DNA from: a virus
Reading direction: 5' to 3' (one strand)
Length of the DNA stretch: 58,456 nt
Virus record (IMG/VR): IMGVR_UViG_3300035034_000432
Part shown: one piece after another, positions 36,901-42,912 of the stretch
How positions within the stretch are numbered: the first letter of the stretch is position 1
Layout: each line of letters opens with the position of its first letter
Notes under the pieces: generated by a model
Told to the model about the DNA's origin: nothing
The model's input: the letters and a program-made list of their open reading frames with translations, nothing else
The model's database searches: none
Translations under genes and position numbers: made by a program

Positions 36901-39900
36901 GGGACAATTACCAAGAAAGTGAAGTTTGACGAGCCGCTAATGAAGGCCATGGGCGCCGAGTTTGTAGGCTCTGGATCAACGATGGTAGCCGTATTTGATA
37001 TAAGCCGAGTGGATGCCGTGACCGAGGCGCTTCTTGACTTGGTGACCCTGCAGGGCAAGCCGGATCAGCGTAAGGCATGGGTGCAGGCGGGAGGCCAGGC
37101 GCGGGCAACCGCAGCCAAGAGCTTTACCGAAGGCGCGACCGACACAGACGATGCCATGCTGCGCCGGCCAGGTGGACAGACTGAAACCCCGGCATTCAAA
37201 AAATGGTTTGGGGAAGGCGGATTACGCGATGATTCCGGCAATCCTTTGGTTGTTTACCATGGCACCAAGACAGATTTCAGTGAATTTAAAACGACAGGAC
37301 TGAAAAGGACTTCGGCTGGGGGGCAATCCGGTAAAGGAAGAATTAGCCTAAGCACTGATTCCAACGTTGCCAGCCGCTACGCTACGGATATTGCCACAGG
37401 CTCTGCACTGCCAAAAAAACCAAGCCGATTTGAGTTAATGGATTATTTTGATTCGATAGGTGACACGCAAACAGCAAGGCACGTTGAACAGTATTACGAT
37501 CCCGGCAACAAGCAGCAGCTTGCAATGTATTTAGCCAAAGACCCTTCAGGCGGCAACGTAATGCCAGTCTATGTTCGGGGAAAGGTGAAAATAGTTGATG
37601 CCAGCAAGGCAATGCCCGCCGGAAACTCTGGCTTTGGGTGGTTCACGCGCGAAGAAAATTCCGCCAAGAAGGAAGGGTACGAGGTTGTTAAGTTTGAAAA
37701 CGTACCTGGAAACCTATTTCCTGATGACATTGGGAAAATAACGGTATTTGATGGATCTCAAATCAAATCCGCCACCGGCAACACCGGCGACTTTGATTCC
37801 AACAGCGCAGACATTACCTTGCGCCGCGGTAAAACCGGACTAAACCTAAAACAAAGGATTCTCGACCGGTTCACCAAGCCCGAGAACATCATGCAGGGGT
37901 GGGCAAACGCGCCAGAAGTTGTTAACGCAAAGTCTATGGACGACTTGCCGGCTGACCTGCAGGAAAAAATCCGCAGAGAGGGCGCTGAACGAGACTTCAC
38001 CGGCATTTACCAAGCCGGCGTGATGTACCTGTACTTGCCAAATATGCGCAACGCGGCAACCCTGCAGGAAACCATACTGCACGAAGGCATTGGCCACTAC
38101 GGCGTAGAGGGATTCTTTGGGCCACAAATGAAGCCGATGCTACAGCAGGTATTCCAGAATTTCCGCGGCACACCAGAAGCCAAAAAGCTGATTGCCGCTT
38201 ACTACACCAAGGAAAAGTTTTCAGGATCTAATCCTAAGCACCGAGTTCGTATAGGCGCCGAGCTACTGGCGCACCTGGCTGAAAGCAACAAGCACCGGAC
38301 CCTATGGAGCAAAATTCACAGCGCGATACTGGCCGGCTTGCGCCGGATGGGATTCACCATTCAGCCGTCGAAAGCTGACCTGTACAAGATACTGCGGGCA
38401 GCCGAGCGCTTTGTTACCAATGGTGAGATAGCCATGCGCGGCAGCACAGACGTTTATTTCAGCCGCAAAGGTGATATGCAACCAACAGGCACCAAGGAGG
38501 CGATAGACCTGAAGCCAGTATTGGCTGCCAGCAAGAAGGCACTGTATATCAATGCCAAAACAGTGATCGAAAATGGCCGCTTCATTGGTTCTATAGACAA
38601 GGCCATCAACAGTGGCGAGCTGACTGACGCAGAAATTGGAATGCTTATGGGTGATGCTGATTTTGGGGAGTCAGCCGTTGTTATGAACGACTTAGACACC
38701 CAAAAAGCCATCAGAATTATTGCCAATTCATCGTGGCAGCTATCCGATTACATGGGACCAGGCGGATACCAGACCGTTAACAGCACGGCCAGCAACCCAT
38801 CGACCAAGCAGGTTAAGGTTTCAGTCAAAACCCCGTTCTTCATTGAGCGTGGCTGGAATGACTTTAGTGACAACCAAGTTCAGACGCTTGTAGATATGGG
38901 CTATGACTCAATCGTTGATGTGAGCTTCACCGAGGCCACCATATTCAACCCAAGCGTAATGTCAGGCCCGGGTAAGCCAAAGTTAACAGAGGCTACCAAT
39001 GACGCTCCGGTAGCACAGAAAGCGCCTTCAAACTCCGCAATTGCAGAAAGAAACTCCGCAATTGCAGAAAGAAAGCCGGCAGCTGCAGAAGGAAACCTCA
39101 CAGCAGAAAAAGCTGCAACTGGGACCGGGGTGGAACGATTTGACGGCGTGAATGTTCCGGTTGTTAATTTTTTAGGAACTATAAATGCTCAAGGTAACTT
39201 TGATTCCATTTTGGGCGCCACGTACAACCGACCAATTGGCGCAGCAACGGCCAAAGAAAACTCCCTGTTCCCTGGCAACGAACGTCGAATCAGCGTGGCC
39301 ATGTTTGCCACTACTTCTGGACCAAATGCACGGCCAATTGATCTGTATAGCGTACCGCTAGATCAGCTTATTAAAATGGTCCCGGGCATGGCCGAACAGG
39401 TAAATGCACTCTACGAAAAAAACCAGCCTATAAAAGCCGAGGACTTGGATGCACAGCTGGACGAGGCTTACACGATTATTGAATCTTCCATTAGCGACAT
39501 TGAAGACAATGACGCCATCCATTTTCCAGACAACGAAGGGATAGCTGGCGTAGAAGCCAGTAGGATTCGGGATTTAATCGAAGCTGGTCCAGGTGACGTG
39601 ATTGATGGCCAAGAAGGCAGCATTGATGAATTGATGGCCGTCGAATGGGAACGTTTTTTGGAAGGCCAGGGCGGGCGCAATAAAGAAGAGTTTATTCGCG
39701 TATTGCGTGGTTTGGTAGACGAGTTCAGCGACCGGATGGGTGGCGAGAAAAATTACACCGACGAAGCTGTTTTTGAGGCTGCCAGAGAAGCTTACCAGCT
39801 GCGCCAGCGCCGCGGCAGCCGCAAAAAGACCAGCGACGATAACGCTTACCTGTCACGCAGGCCGAACATTGACGACCTGACGCCAGAGCAAAGAGCGGAA

Positions 39901-42900
39901 GCCGCGCGGAATGCACTGACGGCAGCCGAAAACGGTCTTGCCGGTATACCGCTAAGATCAGCCAAAGTTGTTGGCGATATGAGCATTGCCGCTAACTTCC
40001 TTGTCCATCCTCGCCAGGTGGCGACCCTTCACAAGACGTTTACACCGGTGTACAGCACTGCAGTTAGTCAGTTTGAAATGCGCGACCGCATCATCGATAC
40101 CCTGTCCGCGGATTACAGCCCGTATATGCAGATGCGAAAAGCCAGCAAAGAAAAAGTGAACAAGTTGCTGGAACTGGGCCGCATCATTGGCGTGACCTAC
40201 ACCCAGTCAGACAAGCTGACAACGGATGGAATCATCGTTCCATACGAGGTTGACCGTGTGATTGTGACTGAAGAAGGCGAAAAGATAATCGCGCAAGAGC
40301 CAATCCAGCTTGAGTTATCGCAGCCCGGGGACAAGATAAAGCTGACGGAAGAGGAAGCAACGGCGTACCTGAGAATGCGCGATATGTTCAATGCTGCGCT
40401 GAATATGTTTAAGAGCCAGATGCTCAAAGAGTTTGGCTTGGGTGACTATGCCGGCATGGAGAACGTGACAGCAGAAATAATGAAAGATATTGAATCAGAT
40501 CCCATGATGCCGACCAAAAAACTTGAGCGGCTACTGCAGATTGCCAAGACCATTGAGGAAATTGAGCAAGCCAAGCGCCGTGGGTACGTGCCACTGGCGC
40601 GAGAAGGTGATTACGTGGTCACCGTTAAGCAGAAGCCGGAGAACATGACGGTTACTGAGTCTGGCGATAACTACGTGCTTTCTGGACTGTCTAAGACCTA
40701 CAACCCGGTATTGGAGGCAGTAGGTGGCACCAAAAAGGATGACGGAACATGGCTGATGGACCCCAAGGCTTACCGCGAGTTTTTAAACGATGCCGAGCGC
40801 GTAATTTACAGCACAAAAGTTGAGACAGGTTTCCGCGATGCGTTTTCTATTCGCAAGCTTGGCCGGAAGGGTGGCGGGCAAGAAAAAATACCGTCAGTCA
40901 AAAAGGCCATCATTGAAATCAATGAAAAATGGGTGAAGGGCCATTCAGACAGAAGGATAGACACTTTCCCAACAAACAAGATCAACCCTGAAAACATAAA
41001 TCTGGACCAAATGGACAACCTGGCCAGCCTCGCCGGCGTGGACAACGAGCAGTGGGACATAATCAGGGACCAGATGGCCAACGAAATTAAAGGCCGAAGC
41101 TTCCGGCGGCATTTCTTCCGTTCCGACAATGTTCCAGGCTACAGCACTGACTTTGAGCGCAGTATTTCCAGCTACATTTCCGGCATGGGCGGTTACCTTT
41201 CACGGCGCCATCATATTCAACAGTGGGACGCTTCAATCAAGAAGATAAAAGCGCCAAGACTGCACGGTTACGCGAATAAGTACCGCGAATACACCAACAA
41301 CCCGACAGAAGAGTTCGCCATGCTGCGGCAGACGGGATTCTTGATGTACATTGCCGGCAACCTGTCTACGGCACTGGTCAACGTGTCACAGGTTCCAGTG
41401 ATGACCATGCCGTTTTTGAAGATGATTTCAGGCAATGCGATAGCCGGCAAGGAAGTGGCGCGAGCTTACAAAGACGCCTTGCTAATGTTTAGGGCTGACC
41501 GCAAAACGGGTTTGCAGATATTTGATGTGGACGCAGCACCGGCGGATATTGCCACTGAATTGAAGGAAGCGTGGGCCGAGGGCGCATTCGTGCCGCTGGA
41601 AACCTATGAAGTAATGGCAACAGCAAGGACCAGGGGCGTAGGTCAGCGCCAGCTTAAAAGGAAGTTTGAGCGCAGCATCCAAGCTATCGCTTACACCTTC
41701 ACGGCAGCCGAGCGGCTAAACCGACTGGTGACGTTTATTGCCGCGGCGCGGATCGTGAAATCAGGCAAGTATGACGAAAAGATCAAGCGTGTGCTGGGCG
41801 GCAATCACTTGGCTAACGCAACCCTGTTTAGTGGCAAGGGGCTGACAGCCAAAAAGTTTGGCGAATTTGCCATTGATGAAACTCAATTCAGGATGGGCAA
41901 AGTTAATCGGCCACATATAACCCGGGGCGTAGGTTCTGCAATCATGCAGTTTAAGGGCTTTATGCTGCAATCGCTTGAAGCGTGGTACCGCTGGTCCACA
42001 GTACAGGGCAAAGAAGGCAAACTGGCTGCGGCATCCTCGCTTGTGATGATGATGGCATTGGGTGGCTTGTGGGGCTTCCCTGGCGGCGAAGAGATAAAAG
42101 GGCTGATCGAAGCGCTATATCGCAAGCTGACCAAGGAAGACAAAGACCTTGAAACGGACCTACGCTTGTACATTGCAGAAACGAGTGGCCAGCAGTGGCT
42201 TGCTGAGTTTGTGACAAAAGGCGCCGGTTACCCGATGGGCATTGATCTTAGCCGTATAGGCATGGGTGACCTGCTACCAGATGACACAGTATCGGCGCTA
42301 GGCATACCTTATGACTTGACCATTGGCAGAGCCACAAGAGCTTTTGAAAAGGCTTCACAAGGGCAGTACGTCATGGCAGGCGCTGAGTTCCTTCCAAACT
42401 TTGTGAAAAACCCTGTGCAAGCGGTGACCTGGGCCAGTCAAGGGGTAAGGGATGGAGCAGGCCGCCGGATATTGACGCCAGAACAGGTAAGACCGAATTA
42501 CGTTCTGAAAAAATCCTTTGGTTTTCAACCGTCAGCTGTAACCAGTGTGCGCGATTATGAGTATGCGCAGTACCGCGCAGAAACTGCCATTTACAAAAAG
42601 AAAACGCGGATCTTAAACAGCCTGGCAAAAACCATTGTTCAGATGGAGCAATCGCAAGATCCAGATTTAAAGCTTGAGTTACAAAGTGATATTGAAGAGA
42701 TTTTCATAGAAATTGAGGCTCACAACCAAAAGCAAAAATCTGAATCACGCATTATCACCATTAGCGATAGAGCTTTAGACAACCGGATCAGGCGCGAAAT
42801 GGAAGGTGTACAAAGCACCTATGGCCGCGAGAGAACTGGGGCGCGCAGTGAAGCCGAGCAGATGCGTAGAGGTTTCGGTATTAACGAAATATTATCGCAA

Positions 42901-42912
42901 GAGGAAGATTGA
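24982..42912 (+). CDS. giant polyvalent virion protein (SLT, GGDEF-like, N6A-MTase, Sno/SNF2-like helicase, ART-like, membrane-associated C-terminus)
   Basis: One uninterrupted frame, listed by the ORF track as 24928-42912 (5,994 aa). I prefer GTG 24982, which lies 5 nt after AAGGAAGG and avoids a 41-nt overlap, giving 5,976 aa. Domain motifs are listed as separate features. Confidence 0.9.
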   Translation: MARNLFSESAVDTFTRDVKSSPYQLPDLSELKSKNPALSGGAPGDVQLDVNYDPASLKPPEQFAQFFNTASETHGVPSDILQALAQQESSYRPDAIGVETQWGRAKGMMQYLDSTAKGMGINPFNAEQSINAAAQQIRDRIAKGYSMEEAIMAHHGGDNRKQWGPKTRAYAKSVMKKAGVLANNPGIYQSAGDPNPQPPALLAREGTGYDPEQREPRTAEQITDGLMRNTLKKQETGPITVEQGWGVNKDMPDGSKPETAIRFERATGAYAKDAGPKDYDTFLQATKKELQNVPENMTQSAGGMIQLLGESLGEERERYFADAGRRMGLTAPEFKMIYWAEENGLITEAMKAGKDIKMVAEQLKDQLSAIPDERIQRAIVEGGLVSPERLAGFGEYVRKSQEEQKETVNAEPGTLGYYGSQAIRSIAENMPALVMSIATKNPAYALGDIAFRTTGQSYGQGRDAGLDPEKAREYATVMAMAEVIPTAIPLARFMAPGGSNILKQIFGDALTEGAQETITAALQAGIDKDYINPDMTLKEALIRMAEGALVGTMAGAGIATGIRVGERAIGAARGGEEGERARALAAEIDRNVNDGEFTGSLDEAVNRAYNNVRGTAGGADFTGESTEQGEVVRETVQPSRTDVLQGRSPAELEQKFDILEALDLLIGQAGKLDGRITEQADEAPLGALGRAQQESVREAALETIKGERVAVKTPTGVIDGIVSEYTEDGLGNFNARILDSASGELFQFTQDDEITIARLMGNRGVKKEELPPEEPMPLEEMTQGQLVEQMKTINQRAKDNGFTAELLKERQQVESLIKDLAEFEGKQGADIDAMADQAGGEQDQSSMQPTMEEMQAEQSAADRRQDPAKRRRVADMAPEEMQKALLESDLTGLGNRRAYAENPRKAVQVSVDADSLKWVNDNMSHGAGDQMLQAIGRALQNNGADAYHPSGDEFWVQADTQEEADNLMAWVQDELEDAVIEFQLPNGEIITKKGIGLSYGTAETIEAAEQNLQADKSNRQRAGQRAGRGETPPGVTRSNARVPGDTARGDQDSEGNAAERLTEKQQRDIGYQDRLEERANKIIKADTSEEIDAIVAEHEKDPDGHMEGVSKIQFVAESRKGAIENPVTPGLIESSTSEREINLKLERVKADNPGKQYKVEKRQGGFGPYFELIETQQEAVEAGNPKRDKAVQRITDGKAWFGTEDKANSFISKNELGDEYGVEQNGQRFDVKPLTEIGAEKRQQITKNDGTPFMSEAVAAIAMKNRRLKGYEIVAVEGGFVLEPTKGNQDATEAAPAPEAAPEKSKKWTAEYRAKAKELGMEEGGNGYGVMFTTDGGVTVNSSITKVTSGQFQASTSAKSGSVTVPSVSRRFDTFDEAVEDLRSRDALPDEISGNTGLIGENTPKAIASMKSARTNPDVKKITPDSRGSYPTSELPEWSDAGRGFKSRQYVVGKRVFQEVKSPRGNVVTRMLDANDNPTASIDAPLNEFFNGRATEEFDGFFDKAPAISAPKNDSKEPGKKPQVSRTEKALGAVKGDTVERTRADGTKKTYKVRDIDGKGVADLQQVDGKGGYMMSANEIIADKRDGTKFAKVELAAGELEVIELEPPRGGPNLRPIEIYQQIDGKRTLVLEANIGQAKFTDGSFQRHHAMKNLNMAPENNPAYFQVYFVSPAATDPGAVLEKAISVATEKKVPSIFFMNMAASERNAKIDTAILTRIGFQKVGGRDNYGMALPAAVKFERPSSDDVFKAASDEYALRNPASVLAQLALDEEAGPTDRPDFAYGPMKTAMYQPSRRGQGVAESRAKSLSERDGRSYAVIEMFGGLTGSKSAGYVVVRSVPDMPTMDELFSASSNTGLGGDINTEIVFVAEGKQEKAAVPAAMPELEQWMRNNKLVIGDTIQADDNLASEIIKGVDYQLFSDGQGGLLLQAPSGAVRLSREILRSINNSIRPPVITKIEAQQDDPVAVKGLRDFIEQEWDKGQRNRFALEDGEVNGKKITINQNDASATVDGVRVPFLEIQWKALEKRKQAESRSKGPDSGVSKAIATVFAAQRSFYSEKTKSTAPIDRAELVAAIEAAKTAGIDVSYIPAKNRDDSEVWTLTTPGGDSYTVYLSSTGRAMWKQASTPNEETAPDIQPMDEWRGDTMKTREYAKQLVNSGLVSRSEFEKAWPKTPELTQLIDRYESNAKPAEEPKLRTLDDFGEVLDGVGIKPGEQFSTTSGRTTTPYPKQKSEKYASQWLIENATAEARARGNDFAADQFEQITPLKGGFLTPADKESMTLYLFGDSTGADTGAGASILKPLSTPKADASKARKPKAKSAKPAQESIVEKSQSTEWGANNTLVSRERADELRAKLKAKLGNLNSGLDPEIMAAGTELAVYHLEAGARKFAQFAKAIAADLGTRPSQLRPFLRSWYNGARDMMEDNDLSIEGTDSADVVREQLANIEQLDVEDAPVTEGERTLADELYDNLDSIGDNRKLKSVIAAFNNMRPAEVDAAMMKDAQEQLELAITRRAREIAAEGLTVEETYDKLLDLYQSQPRLDMRSSTSMKNQAYSTPAPLAYLASKMAGITQETTVYEPTAGNGMLLIDANAETAVVNELNDLRAQQLRAQGYNVTQNDATTFVPIRLVDSVIANPPFGKAPEVVKFDGYKLSQIDHVISAKALESLKDDGRATLILGASMEQGGMSAADRIFFNWLYSHYGVESHFEVDGKLYQRQGAGWPVRVITINGRKNSDQNSTNVGDVSRAMTWGEVYERYNENVDASAGRADTAGTEGDDSTTVTRDEPTGDPRTIPGPAGVETGTTGTAGTGGRGQRTGTTGSNAGSKTGSQPGGTKTNTKSDGSSTDGSRQPSGNDVQGGTQGGQGQRGSQGGVRKPGSKGVSTTDGKPDSVSGSDYQVGYTARSEGPNNEVLTPVNMAEATERALTRIENEVGNLDQYVVDKLGYASKAELYEAMMGLQIDAVAAGIYNMENGKGQIIADQTGVGKGRQAAAMLRYALSVGKTPIFVTAKDNLFTDMVNDLSDIGTKGAKPFLLNKDSFVKKDGKRIFTNPKKAGKHKNTLQGIVNTGQLPEGSNMLFMTYSQINKPNIQRDVLSALKGNAVFVLDESHNAAGDREIKKKGGAQRTTAGFIYDTIAESPVQYLSATYAKTPNNMPVYYRTDMMDAVDDADQLVEAMQIGGPPLQTILAGMLAESGQLFRREKSFEGISVDTEIDYDNSEKHTKTADAVTQGLRAIVEADKAFHSVTVAALNDVAKASGGVAASGGNQASKGVDHTHFTSIVHNFVGQMLVGLHIDLTVKKAIELNKAGKKTVIALENTMSSFLVRYIKDKGLQMGDPIDADYRDILQDALNRTRGVNYTLPNGEKETRYIPLSQLSPEVLKVYTKAMKAIDGIQIDLPISPIDFVRNELTKAGITTSEITARSVIIDYSSGQPIVAKRDSREIDDRRGTVDGYNSGEYDSLVLNAAGSTGLSIHSSERFEDKRPRHMLVMQSMSDINILMQMLGRINRTGQVNLPAYTFIGSDIPAEKRILARTTQKMKSLNANTSANTDSDTSLKAPDILNKYGDKIVNDYLTENMTLALRLDMWVTGGDMTPDAGTASQFTGRLALLKVSEQREIYEDIEEQYENFMDYLNKTNQNDLETEVIDFQAKPIESKVAYEGTAPGTIFGGNTILHKADVKYQGKAPLPEEVAADLDKAGDPQQVKQDILDKKAADTGPAERIKALAAKRQSDLEVAEIAGDEKKVKAAKAAMKSSESNMTGYNDNKRQVIDLIETFTIGRRVKLEIEGEEVTGVITGVKDTFKPGKGNPYARSKTIVSFAIPSGIRRIDLPLTRLRYGEIFKGFERGTGKTGLEDIFKADMAGANRRETRYLATGNVIAGMAKLKGRIISFTDQKGKIHQGILMPKNYSRGIDDSFETIEGTVAFPIRDAKVMANYIRQNIASIGTSPLIDTSKEVVVSSFKGRPSISVPRNNKGTITKKVKFDEPLMKAMGAEFVGSGSTMVAVFDISRVDAVTEALLDLVTLQGKPDQRKAWVQAGGQARATAAKSFTEGATDTDDAMLRRPGGQTETPAFKKWFGEGGLRDDSGNPLVVYHGTKTDFSEFKTTGLKRTSAGGQSGKGRISLSTDSNVASRYATDIATGSALPKKPSRFELMDYFDSIGDTQTARHVEQYYDPGNKQQLAMYLAKDPSGGNVMPVYVRGKVKIVDASKAMPAGNSGFGWFTREENSAKKEGYEVVKFENVPGNLFPDDIGKITVFDGSQIKSATGNTGDFDSNSADITLRRGKTGLNLKQRILDRFTKPENIMQGWANAPEVVNAKSMDDLPADLQEKIRREGAERDFTGIYQAGVMYLYLPNMRNAATLQETILHEGIGHYGVEGFFGPQMKPMLQQVFQNFRGTPEAKKLIAAYYTKEKFSGSNPKHRVRIGAELLAHLAESNKHRTLWSKIHSAILAGLRRMGFTIQPSKADLYKILRAAERFVTNGEIAMRGSTDVYFSRKGDMQPTGTKEAIDLKPVLAASKKALYINAKTVIENGRFIGSIDKAINSGELTDAEIGMLMGDADFGESAVVMNDLDTQKAIRIIANSSWQLSDYMGPGGYQTVNSTASNPSTKQVKVSVKTPFFIERGWNDFSDNQVQTLVDMGYDSIVDVSFTEATIFNPSVMSGPGKPKLTEATNDAPVAQKAPSNSAIAERNSAIAERKPAAAEGNLTAEKAATGTGVERFDGVNVPVVNFLGTINAQGNFDSILGATYNRPIGAATAKENSLFPGNERRISVAMFATTSGPNARPIDLYSVPLDQLIKMVPGMAEQVNALYEKNQPIKAEDLDAQLDEAYTIIESSISDIEDNDAIHFPDNEGIAGVEASRIRDLIEAGPGDVIDGQEGSIDELMAVEWERFLEGQGGRNKEEFIRVLRGLVDEFSDRMGGEKNYTDEAVFEAAREAYQLRQRRGSRKKTSDDNAYLSRRPNIDDLTPEQRAEAARNALTAAENGLAGIPLRSAKVVGDMSIAANFLVHPRQVATLHKTFTPVYSTAVSQFEMRDRIIDTLSADYSPYMQMRKASKEKVNKLLELGRIIGVTYTQSDKLTTDGIIVPYEVDRVIVTEEGEKIIAQEPIQLELSQPGDKIKLTEEEATAYLRMRDMFNAALNMFKSQMLKEFGLGDYAGMENVTAEIMKDIESDPMMPTKKLERLLQIAKTIEEIEQAKRRGYVPLAREGDYVVTVKQKPENMTVTESGDNYVLSGLSKTYNPVLEAVGGTKKDDGTWLMDPKAYREFLNDAERVIYSTKVETGFRDAFSIRKLGRKGGGQEKIPSVKKAIIEINEKWVKGHSDRRIDTFPTNKINPENINLDQMDNLASLAGVDNEQWDIIRDQMANEIKGRSFRRHFFRSDNVPGYSTDFERSISSYISGMGGYLSRRHHIQQWDASIKKIKAPRLHGYANKYREYTNNPTEEFAMLRQTGFLMYIAGNLSTALVNVSQVPVMTMPFLKMISGNAIAGKEVARAYKDALLMFRADRKTGLQIFDVDAAPADIATELKEAWAEGAFVPLETYEVMATARTRGVGQRQLKRKFERSIQAIAYTFTAAERLNRLVTFIAAARIVKSGKYDEKIKRVLGGNHLANATLFSGKGLTAKKFGEFAIDETQFRMGKVNRPHITRGVGSAIMQFKGFMLQSLEAWYRWSTVQGKEGKLAAASSLVMMMALGGLWGFPGGEEIKGLIEALYRKLTKEDKDLETDLRLYIAETSGQQWLAEFVTKGAGYPMGIDLSRIGMGDLLPDDTVSALGIPYDLTIGRATRAFEKASQGQYVMAGAEFLPNFVKNPVQAVTWASQGVRDGAGRRILTPEQVRPNYVLKKSFGFQPSAVTSVRDYEYAQYRAETAIYKKKTRILNSLAKTIVQMEQSQDPDLKLELQSDIEEIFIEIEAHNQKQKSESRIITISDRALDNRIRREMEGVQSTYGRERTGARSEAEQMRRGFGINEILSQEED
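25174..25455 (+). other. domain: SLT-type lytic transglycosylase
   Basis: GVPSDILQALAQQESSYRPDAIG......AKGMMQYLDSTAKGMGINPFNAEQSINAAAQQI. The catalytic Glu of the E-S motif is at nt 25243-25245. Confidence 0.85.
27640..28045 (+). other. domain: GGDEF-type nucleotide cyclase (SGDEF variant)
   Basis: DLTGLGNRRAY....AVQVSVDADSLKWVNDNMSHGAGDQMLQAIGRAL......AYHPSGDEFWVQADT.EEADNLM..V...L...........IGLSYGTAET.EAAEQNLQADKSNR follows the GGDEF consensus D.LTGL.NRR / D.D.FK.iND..GH..GD..L / GGDEF / iS.G.a / A...y.AK..GRN. SGDEF lies at nt 27829-27843. I see no RxxD I-site. Confidence 0.8.
32590..33200 (+). other. domain: N6-adenine DNA methyltransferase (DarB-like)
   Basis: SAM-binding motif I VYEPTAGNGMLL (nt 32713-32733), followed by catalytic motif IV VIANPPFGK (NPPFG at nt 32884-32898). 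Confidence 0.85.
33270..33660 (+). other. low-complexity G/T/S/Q-rich linker between methyltransferase and helicase
   Basis: ...TGTTGTAGTGGRGQRTGTTGSNAGSKTGSQPGGTKTNTKSDGSSTDGS...GGTQGGQGQRGSQGG... Confidence 0.8.
33850..36000 (+). other. domain: SF2 helicase of the strawberry-notch / SNF2-like type (DarB-like)
   Basis: Motif I IIADQTGVGKGRQ (nt 33919-33945), motif II FVLDESHNAAG (DESH at nt 34297-34308), motif III-like LSATYAK, motif VI QMLGRINRTGQ (nt 35482-35514). Confidence 0.85.
37190..37800 (+). other. domain: ADP-ribosyltransferase-like (polyvalent-protein ART type)
   Basis: FKKWFGEGGLRDDSGNPLVVYHGTKTDFSEF ... ISLSTDSNVASRYA ... YEVVKFENV ... ITVFDGSQIKSATGNTGDFD. The F.kWFG...G.PlvvYHGT...F and ..QIKSA.gN.G.FD pattern is what I remember from ART domains fused to MuF/polyvalent phage proteins. 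Confidence 0.6.
38035..38110 (+). other. motif: HExxxH (LHEGIGH), possible non-canonical metallopeptidase-like site
   Basis: YLYLPNMRNAATLQETILHEGIGHYGVEGFFG. The His-Glu...His spacing is one residue longer than the zincin HExxH, so this is only a flag. Confidence 0.25.
39031..39072 (+). repeat. perfect 21-bp tandem duplication (NSAIAER x2) inside the giant gene
   Basis: aactccgcaattgcagaaaga occurs at 39031-39051 and again at 39052-39072. Confidence 0.95.
40570..42909 (+). other. C-terminal region with PLxR(F/E)G-like motif and hydrophobic/TM-like segments
   Basis: RRGYVPLAREGDYVV (PLAREG at nt 40591-40608). Hydrophobic segments: FLMYIAGNLSTALVNVSQVPVMTMPFL (about 41340-41420), AIAYTFTAAERLNRLVTFIAAARIV, and LAAASSLVMMMALGGLWGFPG (about 42020-42085). 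Confidence 0.45.

Noticed and set aside
38080-38097. LHEGIGH read at first glance as a zincin HExxH metalloprotease site
   Set aside because: The spacing is HExxxH, one residue too long for the canonical zincin motif, and I see no downstream third ligand motif. I kept it only as a low-confidence flag, not as a protease call.
25315-42628. Dozens of 60-190-aa ORFs on the minus strand and in alternative frames inside the giant gene
   Set aside because: All are nested in a continuous 18-kb frame that carries multiple enzyme motifs in order. None has an SD or a recognisable motif. I treat them as shadow ORFs.
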